A stretch of 64,000 bases of DNA, counting the filler, from Globobulimina sp. (Eukaryota): assembly GCA_003354225.1 (NCBI GenBank). It is 14 parts of 14 records of this genome, joined end to end, with 100 filler letters (N's around TTAATTAATTAA, not from the genome) between each part and the next. Parts side by side here need not be neighbours in the genome. Positions count along the whole stretch, not along the records: positions 36,700 to 41,181 come from PIVH01001198.1; positions 41,282 to 45,762 come from PIVH01001199.1; positions 45,863 to 50,342 come from PIVH01001200.1; positions 50,443 to 54,920 come from PIVH01001201.1; 10 more parts are not named here. One strand, given 5' to 3'. Below the pieces are notes generated by a model. It had not been told where the DNA came from, ran no database searches, and saw only the letters and a program-made list of their open reading frames with translations. Of the stretch, positions 37,776-50,614 are shown in pieces (position 1 is the first letter of the stretch; the number at the start of each line of letters is the position of its first letter). Position numbers and translations under genes: made by a program.

Positions 37776-37889
37776 CGAATCTCAAATAGTGCTCCTCTGA
37801 CCAAAATAGTCAACGTATTAGTATCTTTAGAGCTTTCTGTCGTCACTATTAGGAAACAGCAAAAAAACTTTACTCAACACATAAATATC

Positions 37890-39031
37890 ATGCAGTTTGC
37901 AATAGCAGTTGCCAAAGTGATTGGTACTGGGGGAGCATGGGTAATTGGAAGCAAATTATTCGGTCATGGTCTAGATAAATCATCCAAACAATGGCAAAAA
38001 CTGACAGCAAAGCCACAAGATTGGCAACAAGTCATTTTAAACATTGGTATATTATATAATACAAACTATATTTACTGAAATTTGAAATAAAATAAGAAAC
38101 GCATAATTTACATGATTATAAAGGCGGAGTTAGATATCCAACATCGAGAAAAACAGTACTAACATCACCTAAGTTATCATCACTGATTCATAACACAGAG
38201 TACAACAAATCAAAAGAGATAAAATACTTTGACAAAGATCAATTTTGGCATGAAATAAATGACAATCCATTGGAATTTTTTATTGACAGAGATCCAACAC
38301 ATTTTCGCTATATTTTGAATTATATTCGAAACAATAAACACACGATTTTGCCAATTGATGCTATGATTCGTAAAGAATTAAGCATCGAAGCAAATTTCTA
38401 CGAATTGCATGACTTAGTCACACAATTAAATTATAATAAAGAAAGTGGTGCTATCCACAAGAGATTGCAGATTGCATCAAATTTAATTACAAAACATGAA
38501 GCACATTTATTAAGGACATGGATTGAAGAAAACGATAATGATAACACAAATGAATTATATTGCATTGATTTATTATACAGAGCATCAGATTATGATTTTA
38601 GTGCAAAAATGTTTCATGATTTGTGTGATAATAAAGGTAGAACATTGGTACTGGTACAAGCAGAGAATGGATATATTTTTGGTTATTATCACAATTATGT
38701 GCGGCAGAATGGATTTATATTCTTATTGAGATCATATGGAAGCGAGGACACTGAATTAAGAAAATGGAGTTTGAATAGAATTCATATGCATGGCGATATT
38801 GAAAAGGAAATTGAACAACATCGTGATTATGGACCATGTTTTACAGATTCAATCACAATTTTAGACAAATGTAATAATACTGATAAAAATGAAGCTTATA
38901 TTGGTGAAAAATTTAATGAAGCACCCAGTGAAAAGGCAACATTGTCGGGAACCGTTAACTTTAAAGTGTCGGAATATGAGGTTTTTGAAGTGAATAAAGT
39001 TAATGACTATAAAGTATTGAAGTACTACTAA
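37890..39031 (+). CDS. BTB/POZ (KCTD-type) plus TLDc domain protein (2 exons)
   Basis: Intron 38047-38123 yields LNIGGVRYPTS; FIDRDPTHFRYILNYIR; TLDc motifs LLYRAS...FHDLCDNKG, YGPCF and EYEVF. Confidence 0.92.
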
Positions 39032-39315
39032 TGCTATTACTCATTACTCATTAAAGAAAGCAAACAGTGTTATATATATAGATAGATAACTTTTATTCAA
39101 AAAAACCATTTACGCGTAGCACATTTAATCTATCCCCAAAATCAGAATTGCATCAATACATTTCTGTTTAATAGTTATATCACGTACAAACAAAAAAAGA
39201 AAGCCAAAAAAAAACAAAAAGCTTTGACATTAATAATTATAAAAATAAACTGATCATTACCAACACGCAACAAATGAAATGATTGAAAGATTCCCGTTTG
39301 ATAAAAACATTGTAT

Positions 39316-40047
39316 TCATAATATGGTGCAACATCTATTCATTTTTTTTGATTTTTTATAAAACATTCTCGACGTATTACTCAAATCGTTACTTTTCTCC
39401 ACCAAATCATCCAATTTTTCCATATTTTCCATAACTTTTTCAATTGATTGAACAACAATTTTTTTTGATTTCTCAATCTCTGATTGAATTTCCTCAATTT
39501 TATCATCTGCATATTATTACAAACACGCGCAATATCGCATTGCATTCATTTGTTTGAACATAGTATAAATTATGTATGGTAAGTTGTAACTGGGTGGGTC
39601 TTGATAGACAGTCAACATTTGCGCTAATCTCGCCCATCTCATTTGAAAATCGCCTGCATTTTTCCATTCTTCTTCTTTTTTCTGTGTTTGAAATTCTTTT
39701 AACACACAACGAACTAAGCCGTGTGCAGCGCGCGGCGGATAATTATCGTCCGTTATTACGCAAACACACAAACTATTCTGTTGCTTAAACGCATGGCAAA
39801 TATTACCTTTATATTCTAAAGATTTCATAGTTAATACTTCAATTCGTGATGATATTTCCCGACAAATAAATGTTGCCATTTCCTTCATTGAACCTTTGCC
39901 AATCCATAGTTTCGATGTATCAGTCTCTTGGCATAATATTATTGACTCACTCTCAGATTCCTTTTCTTTTGACTCAGACTTGTCAACACGTACAACCGCT
40001 ATTGACAATAGCTGCATTTTTGCTTTTTTGGGGTTCCTAGCACTCAT
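39316..40047 (-). CDS. YKT6: YKT6-family longin SNARE (2 exons)
   Basis: Longin DNYPPRAAH and YQDP; exon 2 after intron 39507-39590 gives EKLDDLVEKSNDL...FYKKSKKMNRCCTIL with a CCaaX prenylation end. Confidence 0.92.
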
Positions 40048-40180
40048 ATTGCCAACACAAAAAGGCTACGTGATCGTTACGTGGTGCAAATGCGTCAAGT
40101 TTAAGATGTTTAACTAGAACTTTTTAAAAAAATCATCAAAATAACAATGTCAACTTTGCAAAGGTAGCACACAATAACAT

Positions 40181-41181
40181 ATGTCAAAGAAAAAAGTGAA
40201 AAAAAAGAAGAACCAAACAAAACATGATGACAGCAACGATTACACATTAGCGTCACATCACATCCGCGGGGATTATAAACGTAGTCAACAACAACAACTA
40301 GATGCATTACCTGTGAATGATCCGGACTCTGTTCATTTCGATGAACGTAAATATGATAAAACTGAATATGTGCGGCAATCAATGGAGTGGATAGATTATG
40401 ATACATCCAGTCGATTGCAAGAAAAATACTCACCAACATTATCTCAACAATTCCAACAATATTCAATGGAAAACGCGCCATTTGAAGAACAAACTAAACA
40501 TACATATTATGCAGAAAATGCTTATAAATCAATACAAACAGAAATACCACATATTGAAGGCGGTAATTATGGCGACACCATTGATACCAATCGACAACCC
40601 GCAAAATCGCCATTTGCCAACGTATATACCACAACAGACCCAAATCCAAATAATAATGATAATAATTATGACGATGACGATGAAATATCGGATTTACATC
40701 CATCATCAGGCGGTGACCCACGTAAATTCATTGAGCATCAATTAAAACAACAACAATCGCATTATAAACAATGGAAAGAACTGGCTGACGATGATAACCA
40801 GCCACCGATATGGAACAATGCATTGGCGGACACCTATCAGCATAAAAATAATTGGTGGAACCTATCGAGTAAATATAAATATGATATGCCACATCAAGCA
40901 TTGCATGGAGGTGTCGATAACTTCGACGATGAATCCGATATTCCACTCAATTCATACTGGCATAAATCGACTGTTTCGCCTGAATCATGGAATATGTTAT
41001 GTTGTATAATATTTTCTAGAAATTTCATTGTCAATTATATGTAACATGTTATATAGAATGAAAACGAGATATCGCGAGAATATGAGGCCAGGAAGCGAGG
41101 AATGGAATAAATGGGCTTTTCGATCTGATATAGAACGCAAAACATTGAAGTGGTGGCCCGCCAGTGGTAAGACATGGTTTT
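40181..41181 (+). CDS. Hypothetical hydrophilic protein, 3'-truncated
   Basis: Intron 40996-41056 joins two ORFs in frame; divergent from YKT6. Confidence 0.6.
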
Positions 41182-41454
41182 NNNNNNNNNNNNNNNNNNN
41201 NNNNNNNNNNNNNNNNNNNNNNNNNTTAATTAATTAANNNNNNNNNNNNNNNNNNNNNNNNNNNNNNNNNNNNNNNNNNNNTCCTACTTGCATTACTCTG
41301 ACGTGTCGACCGCGATTTTGATCGAACCTTTCGCTCCGAAGCGGCTTTCTTTTTTTTTTTTACGCGATCCCACAGCAGAATCATCGCTTAATTGTTGCTG
41401 ATGTCATATGCATGCCATTTAAATGTTGCTTGTTATGGAGAAATATATTTTGTA

Positions 41455-43479
41455 TCAGACCTGATGTAAAAGGGGAGGTACAATGTCTTGCTGTTCATAA
41501 AAATCGGTATCTGTATAAGGAGAGTTTGGTAATGGCGGTACATTTATGGATGGCACTTTGGACGAAATATTGTTAATAATCACCGGTTTTTCTGCCGCTA
41601 TATTCAAACTACTCTGCGTTCTGTTGCTATTTGGCGGAGTTTCCATATTATTCCCGGACTTATTCATATTGTTCGCATCGAAGCGGATCGCATTCGGTTT
41701 AAAGTATAATTGTTGGCTGTAATAATTCCTGTGTTTGCTTTTGTTTTTGTTCATATGATAGACACCGAATGGAATGTTATGCGTTTTGTTATTTAATATG
41801 TTATTTGTCTCAGGGAACGCGACTCGAACCGCCGCAGCTGAGTTTAGTGAGGTGGTACGACTCAAACTTTGCGGCGCGGACTTTATCGTAAATGTAGACT
41901 CAGATCCGATGCTCGCGGCATCTGGCAACGGATTTAAATTATTTTCGTCGTAATCGACCAAACGACTGATGCTGATTTTGGGTGAATCGAATTTCTCCAT
42001 TTCTGTTTTCAGCTTTTCTTCTTTTTTTTGATTATTAATTTCGATCTGGAAATTGTTCTTCCCCTCACCTTTAATTGTGGGCGGCCGCAACAATACGCCT
42101 TTTGGTGGATGTTTGGTGGTTTTATGCGGTTTCAAACCATGTGAGACGCCGTCCAATTTAACATTGGGTGAACTGGGCAATTTCGCCGAAATATCGACTG
42201 AAATGTCATCAAATTCCAGACCATTTTCAATGGAAACACTGCGTGGGACTGGTTTCAAACTATTATGGCCGTCCAATGTGTAATGCGAATCAGTATGACT
42301 CACATTGATAGGTTCAGTTTGAAACTGATCCCCATCCCTTTCTCGAATACACTCATTGTCACTGCCAATATCATCCATTTTATCATCATCGCAGTCCGTG
42401 GCCATATGCGTATTTTCATTATGCGCCATTTTCAAACCGATATTGGTGGATTGCTGAGGAAGAATATACAAGTCCTCACTGTCAAATTTCTGGTGTTTCT
42501 GGTTCGAAACAGACAGACTCAGAGGTTTCGTTTTTGAAAAGCCTTCGTGTTGCACTTCAGTGTGAGTCTGACTCTCCTCCTTATTATCACTATGCGTCTC
42601 TGTCTCCGTCTCATCATCGTTGATTTCTGGAATGTCCACAAGTGTCTGTTCTGTGTGGCAATTGGTTTGTGGCTGTGGCTGTGGCATAACCTCATCTTTT
42701 TCATCCTCGCTCAGCATGACAGAGCCATCCGTTTCATACGATTTATTGTGATGTGATCGCCACGATAAGTATGAGCCGCGTGCTTCAGATTTAATGTCAA
42801 TTGCTTCGCTCGATAAAAAGGATATTTTTCGAGTGCTTGGGTTCGTTTTTAGTTCGGATAACTTTTTTAATTCTTGATTCATATGTTTTTGCTTCTTTTT
42901 CTCGCCAAAATATAAGCCGATAAAACATAACGCGACTACTAACACGCAAAAACAACAGAGGATTATCACGAAAAAACCGGAAAAAAACACGACTAATAAA
43001 GATTGGTCCACTGAATAGTTATTATCGTTGCTCGCAAAATTAATGTTAGTCTTTGAATTGCCGTTATTTGCTGTTTGGTTTGTATATATATTTGCATTTT
43101 GATATCATATCACAACTAAACTCGTAATTGATGTCGGTGGACAGCCATCACCTTCGCATTCACAAATTGCGTGGTTTGCGTTTGTGTTGCAAGTTAATGT
43201 TGAATTTAGGCATGAAGAATATGAGCAGGATAATAGACATTTATTTGCATTTCCAATACAAAATACGTTGATATTTGTACAGGAGGACTGTGAGTGACAG
43301 TTAATTAATGTGTTGTTGGATGATGAATATATTTGGATGTTGTCACAATTAGAATCAGTACAGTCAATGGTACATCGATTTTCCGAGATGTCACATACGA
43401 TATCCTCACCTTTGCCTATAATAATCTGCCCATTTACAGCAGCGATAAAAAATATGAAAACAACCAATAATGGTGACAT
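41455..43479 (-). CDS. Type I membrane protein with Cys-rich ectodomain and long disordered cytoplasmic tail (2 exons)
   Basis: Signal MSPLLVVFIFFIAAVNG; CxxxxSC repeats; intron 43071-43121; Cys-containing TM; tail of about 480 aa. Confidence 0.8.
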
Positions 43480-43536
43480 GTTTTTGTTAATGAAAAAAAC
43501 CCACCTAACTAAAAAAAACATTTATGTGGATCACCA

Positions 43537-44860
43537 ATGACTGCTGTATATTTGTGGTACTTTTATGTGATAATATGTGCGATGAATATCGGTGTCAATT
43601 CAGCAAGTTTGTGTCCATTATAAATTTGAGAAATTATTTGTGCCAACAAACTGTTTTTAACGTGTATATACAGATGATACGGTAATAAATAACGAGAATG
43701 CAAATCAAGTGGTTATTTCAACTCCAATATTTCATCTTTTTATTGGCATTTGTTTGAGTGCCATCATTTGTTGTGCCTGTGCATTATTCGGTGGTTGTTT
43801 TTTAATTTGTTATTATTATTCTCCATCCAGAATGAATAAAAATAATAAGCTCGAGCTCAATCCCCAAAACGAACTGACATTCAAACAAGTTCAGTCCGGT
43901 TCGCAAACCGCATATCCATCAATGCGAAATAACGCATCTGACCATAAATTACTTTCAATGGATTCATATGAATCCACTCCCACAAAATCAACCAATGACT
44001 CTGACAAAAAACAATTAGAAAAAAGCAATAAAAATAATGATTTACCACCAGTCAACAGCCATAAATATAACAGATCCCAATCGATGCCAATTGCAATGAA
44101 TCTACAAAGCGGTAAAAGTGGCGAACGTAATCAATTAGAAAACTATACAGAGAAACAGCGCAGAATAACCTCAGGAGGGCCTGATATAAATCACAAAAGG
44201 TTTAATTCAGAGGAATTATATGATATTACATCTCCCAAATCGGAGACTCCATTTGGAAACACTCCAAATCAGCATAACAATGTAAAATGTGAGCATTCTG
44301 CAGCTGATTCGCATTCTGTGTCCACTTTAACATTAAAAACTGCTGCCATTCCGCTGGTGAATCCAAATAAAAATAATGGTGAAATGCATATGAATGATAA
44401 TGAAGGGAATACAATAAATAGATTAGATTCTGAAGGTGATAAAATGACAGAAATGGAGAAATTAAACAAATTAAAATACGAAGCGAGGCATTCAAAATAT
44501 AAACAATATGAAATGAATGAAAATCATATACCGGATATAAGAGAGGGAAGTGATTTGGATGTTGCATGTGATTCATACGAGGATGATTGTAAAACTATAC
44601 ATCATGACACGGTGATAAAACATAAAAAAAAGAATAAAAAACATAAGAAACGGAAAAAATATGATGAAAATAAAAATAAATTAGGTGATAGAGATGCTGA
44701 TGATGTGTTATTTGGAATTGGACCGCAATCGCCGTTTCAGAAACATATAGCAAATTATCATTATCACACTCAACCAAATTTGAAATATGTACCAAAACAA
44801 ACATCACAACCACCATTTATTGTTGACGCTAAAAATAAAAATTCTACTGTTCATAGATGA
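43537..44860 (+). CDS. Type I membrane protein with minimal ectodomain and long tail (2 exons)
   Basis: Signal MTAVYLWYFYVIICAMNIGVNS; intron 43607-43673 in frame; TM with CC; disordered tail. Confidence 0.78.
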
Positions 44861-45235
44861 TATAAGCTTACTGTTTTTTTTTTGACTTTCTTTCAATCTT
44901 TTTTTCATATTCTTTCTTTCATTTTAGTATTAGTATTAGTATTATATATATCACTAAAACCACATCCTCAATCTACTTTCATCCAAATTTATCATATAAA
45001 TGGATAAATATATCATTATAAAAAGCGGTCTACATTGCAATATATATATATATATTGGATGAAGTTAAATAGGCTCGGATCTTATGATGATGTGGAATTA
45101 TTTGCTGAAACTCATGCATACAAAATGTTGGATTGTGTCCAGTTATTTAATCCTAAGAAGTAACTGCAATTCTTGGAGAAAAAAAAACAAGCATACAATT
45201 CAAGTGTTGTGTGCTCTTATTTTATAGCACTATAA

Positions 45236-45762
45236 TTATTGATAGGTTTTGATGATTTTTTCAATCTTACATCGACAAATAGGACATGTCGCATTATCAT
45301 TACCATCATAATTCTCTTCTTTACATTGCCGACAAAAACAAATATGTCCACATGGTACTACCACACAATCTTTTTCATTTTCAATACAAAAAAAACATAA
45401 TTTACTGTCATCAATAATATTAATTATTGGAGTATCTTTTTGATTGATTTTATATATTAATTGAATTTCAAACAAATTCCGTTCTTCATTTAAATGTGGA
45501 TGGGATAATATGACATGATTTTGATTTTGACTTCCTTTGGTATCATTTGATACAAATATATATTCTTTATATTGTGGATTATATATTGTATATAAAAAAT
45601 CTTTTTGTTGTTGAAAAATAAAGCAATTACGTTTCTCTTTTAAATATGGATGTGATTCAACAATATGATCCGAATCAGATTTATCATTTGAGACAAAAAT
45701 ATATCCACCAGACTCGCTGTGATATAATGCATATCCATTCCAATTTGTACCATCAATTTTCT
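45236..45762 (-). CDS. RING-HC (IAP/C3HC4_3-type) E3 ligase, 5'-truncated
   Basis: CFFC...VVPCGHICFCRQC...CPICR; the upstream frame reads open to the linker with a repeated YIFVSND motif. Confidence 0.85.
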
Positions 45763-45869
45763 NNNNNNNNNNNNNNNNNNNNNNNNNNNNNNNNNNNNNN
45801 NNNNNNTTAATTAATTAANNNNNNNNNNNNNNNNNNNNNNNNNNNNNNNNNNNNNNNNNNNNGCAAATT

Positions 45870-46628
45870 ATGTGGCATTACCTATCTCTTATCATCATTC
45901 TCTCGCTGCCATATATAGTTTAGTATCATATATATATATATATATTTCTATCTTATGGTACAACATAAAACAAAAACAATTAGACTTTATCACAAAACTT
46001 CGAGAATACCCGTATGTATTTAATTTGATCGAATGGTGTTTTTGTAATATAATTTAAATTGCTATACAGAGGAAACAACATTATTATGGACATTGATATC
46101 AACAAACCAAAATATGCAATTGCATGGATTTATAATCGAACATCCATCAGTTTTAATGCTCCGATCGGCCGATGGTCGAGGTGCGATTTGGTGGGCCTGG
46201 GAGTATAAAAACGCAGAGGCATTGGCCATATTGGCGGTAAACGGCGTTGATTTACATTATTCACAAACCGATAATGATGGAAAGAAACCGTTTGAATTAT
46301 GTGACAGTTATGATGTTACTTTGCAGGAAGCGCAATCTATGATTGATTCCAAAAGAAGTGAAAAGGAAAAATTTAAAGAACAGATTCGCTTAGAAAAAGA
46401 AAAAATGTTTTTAAATGAAGATGACGCAGAAGACGATGACGATGATGATTTGGAAGATGATGATGATGATATGGACGATGATGATGACTTTAGTGGCTCT
46501 GGAAACGATGATGACGATGTTAAGTATTTTTATAATATATTTGTTTTGAGTGCGAGGATATGTTATAAATTTCTTGAAATTACAATATATAGAATGATGA
46601 TGATGAGTTCTTCCGCGATGAATTGTAA
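45870..46628 (+). CDS. ER-luminal ankyrin-repeat protein with acidic tail and RDEL signal (4 exons)
   Basis: Introns 45918-45983, 46012-46069 and 46519-46592 give a signal peptide, an ankyrin-like RSADGRGAIWWAWEY...DNDGKKP, poly-D and a terminal FFRDEL*. Confidence 0.82.
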
Positions 46629-46825
46629 AACAATATTCGTTTTTGTCTTTTTGATAAAGTAATAGTGACATTTGATGTAACATTAATTTGACATTTTGTA
46701 GCTTAGAGTTTTATTATTTATTCAACACAAATATTACAGAATTTACAAGTGAAGTGTCCAACATGTTCAATGTCTGAGCTCTGAACACATTCCGGTCCTT
46801 AGTCAGTCAGAGCTAGTCTTAAACC

Positions 46826-47284
46826 ATGCCAGTATTTGCAACTAAGTCAACGTTTGAGAGGTTGAGATTAAAGAACAAAAATATTGTTAAAGTTGATGTG
46901 GAATCAGAGGTAAATTATTCAAGGTACATTATTTGACAATTATACACGTTATGTATGTAGGAATTTGATGTGGAATACAATCGTCAAATGAGATTATTTA
47001 CAAATTATAAGTGGACCTTAGCATCCATACCAAATGGCATCATATTGACATATTTAATTCCATCGAGGTACCCAATGACAATTCGTGGGTCGCTCGGATA
47101 TATTGTTATAATGTTAGGATGGTGGGGACATAAAAGAACTGCACACAATCGAAGTGTCGAAGCATTTAAAAAGCGATTAATTATGGATCATTATGAAAAA
47201 ACATCGGAACCTGATCCAATCGAACGCGAACGAGCAAAGAAATTGTTATTTGGTGAACAGTACAATTCTAATTTTAAGCAATAA
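46826..47284 (+). CDS. Small 2-TM protein (2 exons)
   Basis: Intron 46910-46960 is in frame; about 135 aa. Confidence 0.65.
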
Positions 47285-47502
47285 CTTTTTGTTTTTGTAA
47301 TAACTTCATTGATAGAGAAGGAAGGCTAAAATATATGTAAAAAAAAAAGAGGCATCAAGAAATATATATGTTTAACGACCATAGAGCCATAAAAAAATAA
47401 CATAAAACAAACCCACAAATAAAAAAACTTTACTATAACTAAACACACACAAAAATAACAGTACATTTTACAGAAAACGATTACATAAATAATAATATAT
47501 AT

Positions 47503-50342
47503 TCATTGCAAAATAGAATTATATTCCTTTTCAAACTCATCTTTATCCAACAAATGTACTTTTGAATTTCGTTTTTTGTTCTGATAATAATTATATTGTT
47601 CTTGATTAAAATCAATATATTCATTCTTTCCTCCATCCTCTTCCTCGTCCTCATCCTCATCCTCCTCCACATCCACCTCATCATTGTCATACATATTAGC
47701 ATTATTTCCATGTTGTCCTTCTTCATTATCACTATCAATAATCACATGTCCTTGATTTATATCATCAGAATCACTGTCATTCTTATATTGATATAGTTTC
47801 CTCCTCTGTTTTACTCTAGTTTTTCGATGATATGTCGACGTCGCTTCCTCTTCCTCTTCTTCCTCATCATCATCTTCATCTATATTCGCTTGGGGTATCT
47901 CCATATCATCGTCCATATCATCCATATCATCATCGTATATTTGCGGATCAGAATTTGTATTGTTATTACTCGTACTCGTACTGGATGTGGTTGTCGATGG
48001 ATCCGTATATCTGTTCTTATTCTTTAATCTGCGTAGAAACCTCTTACGACGCAGAAATTTACTGCTGTCATACTGCATTGGTTGAGACTCTTTCCTCGCT
48101 GCACCCGCATGTCGGTGCGCATATAAATCACTCTCATCCCCTACCAACAAGTCATCATCTTCTACCATGCCATCATGCTCTTCCTCCTCTTCATCGTCAG
48201 ACATCGATGATTGATCAGATACATCCTCCAATACATCCTCCTCTTCTTCATCCTCATCCTCATCATCCTCATCCTCTTCATTTGGTTGTTGTTCGTGTTC
48301 ATCGCCAAGATCTAATGAATCGATCCTAGTCATCAATGATTTGTTGTGTTTTGGACTGGATGGCAATGATATGCTCCGTCGGGGTTTCATCGCGAAGCTT
48401 GGCTGTTTATTAAATACTAAGTCGACATCATATGAGTCTTTATTCTGCCGTTCCATCGCCAACTTATCATGATATTTGCTGAAAGTCGTCTGCGTGGTCA
48501 TCCATTCAAACTGCTTACGGAAATTCGTGGATTGCGATGATTTGTTATGACTGCCCCTGGCATTGGCATTGGTATTGGTATTGGTATACGCCTTATTCTC
48601 GCGTACCATTTGTTGCATTTCATGGCTGTTTTCATTGTATGAACGTCCCCGTTTTCGCAACAATGGTTTACTATGAAACTTTGTAAAATTATGCCCATTG
48701 CTGGCCACAGGCGCAGAGGGGTTGGCATTGCCGTTTTTACTCTCAAATTTATGTATCGCTTCCTGTAATTTCTCATCCATTCGTTTCAAAAAAGCGTCCC
48801 TGTTCTTGCGAAAAATGGATGTCGGTTTCAATGGTTTTGTATTATTTGCCGCAAATTGATACGGATTGTTATTCGTCGTTATATTATCAAACGTGTCATG
48901 CACCGCCGCACTGCGCGCCCCATCCATGTAATATTTACCATCGCCATGCTTCCGCGTGTTATGACTCAATGAAGTATTTAATTTGGGTAAATATGGCAAA
49001 CCATTGGCGTTATGTGGCAATGCGTTGTGATTGGCGCTGAAAATAAATTCATTTTCATATCTCCGCGGTGATGTTGGTTGTGAGCGACTGAATCTTTTCG
49101 GGAGTCTGAAAAAAAAGAAATTTTATATTTCTTCAGTTTGGAACTGGCAAATATAGAAACATATACCTTTGGGTTGGTATGACCGGTACATTATTGTGGG
49201 TGTTGCCAATGGAGGTATTGAACTTTTCGCTGATCTCTACAAAATATTCATCGCTCAACAACTCATCGTCGGACACCTTCGGTGGCAATGGTCGGATGGG
49301 CATATTTTGTTGTTGTTGCATAATTTGCTTAGACTTTGCTTTAATTTCCTTCCGCAATCTCTTGGCTGCTTCTTCGACATTGGACTTCCGGTGTTTTGAT
49401 TTGCGTTTTTTGCTTTTGCTGTGCGAATGAGAGTGACTCTGTGTCTGTGTCTGCGAGGATTGCGAGTGAGAAGAGTTTGAATGATGACTTAAGGAATGCG
49501 AATGATGCGACGATATGGGACTGACCGACCGGGGCATCACAGGCATGGGCGGCATGGACATCGGGATGTGGATGCTTTGGAAGCCCAACTGTTCATTACT
49601 AAAATCACGCGAATGCTTATTTTTTCGCTTTCGTCTGTTGTGCGAGTGAGAATTGCTGTGCGTGTGTGTGGGATCCTTTTTTTTTGCTTTGGCTTTGATT
49701 TGTTGATAATCATACAAGGCATCGTTGATTTGCTTGCCGCGATGAAGGATCACTTCTCGATTTAGAGGGTAGTCGTATAAATGGTGCGTGTATTCGTTCA
49801 AAAATGAACCCCGTCGTGACGGCGGACGGGATCGTGGTTTTTTATGTGGCTCATCCGATAAATCTGATGTGTCGTCCTCATCGTCGTCGTCGTCCTCCTC
49901 CTCATCGTCAGTGGACTCGTCAGAGGAGGTATTTTGATCAGGTGTTTGTGGTTTGGATTCGCGATGTGATGTTTGGTTTTTCTGTGTCGGAAGCATTGTG
50001 TAATTTGTGTTTAGGTTATGATTGCGATTACGATTGCGATTACGATTCATATTATCGATATCATCCATGATGTCGTCATCAAATTCAATGGAATTTTCCT
50101 CAGTGATTGCTTCTGCGGGCAACATATCTATGCCATCGTCATCCACATCAACTACATCTGCGTATTTATGCGATTTTGCGTAAAAACCATTAATTAAATA
50201 TATATTATATATATTATACAATATACTAAACTGTGCCGAGGGAGGGAGCGTACATTGAAATTATTGGAGTGGATGGTGTTAAATTGGGAGGAGAGAGGTT
50301 GTTGTTGGTATTTTAATTTTTTGTGGTGTTTATATTTTGGTT
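47503..50342 (-). CDS. Large low-complexity acidic, Ser/His-rich protein, 5'-truncated
   Basis: Introns 49106-49166 and 50158-50231 link the ORFs in frame; D/E tracts, SH repeats and basic clusters. Confidence 0.75.
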
Positions 50343-50614
50343 NNNNNNNNNNNNNNNNNNNNNNNNNNNNNNNNNNNNNNNNNNNNTTAATTAATTAANN
50401 NNNNNNNNNNNNNNNNNNNNNNNNNNNNNNNNNNNNNNNNNNTTTTTGGTTTGCCCACTCTTTAAAAATATAGCTTATAACTGACTGTATTGGCTTAACG
50501 ATTGGCTTAACGATTGGGTTATCTTTTGGAATATATCGTTTAACGATATCTAACAAGGGGGTGGGTTATGTATCAAACCTAATCGTGTAGCCAAAAAAAA
50601 CGCTGCGTCGCGTC

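Noticed and set aside
50488-50517. ATTGGCTTAACG tandem repeat as a CRISPR or telomere
   Set aside because: About 2.4 copies, no spacers, eukaryotic context.
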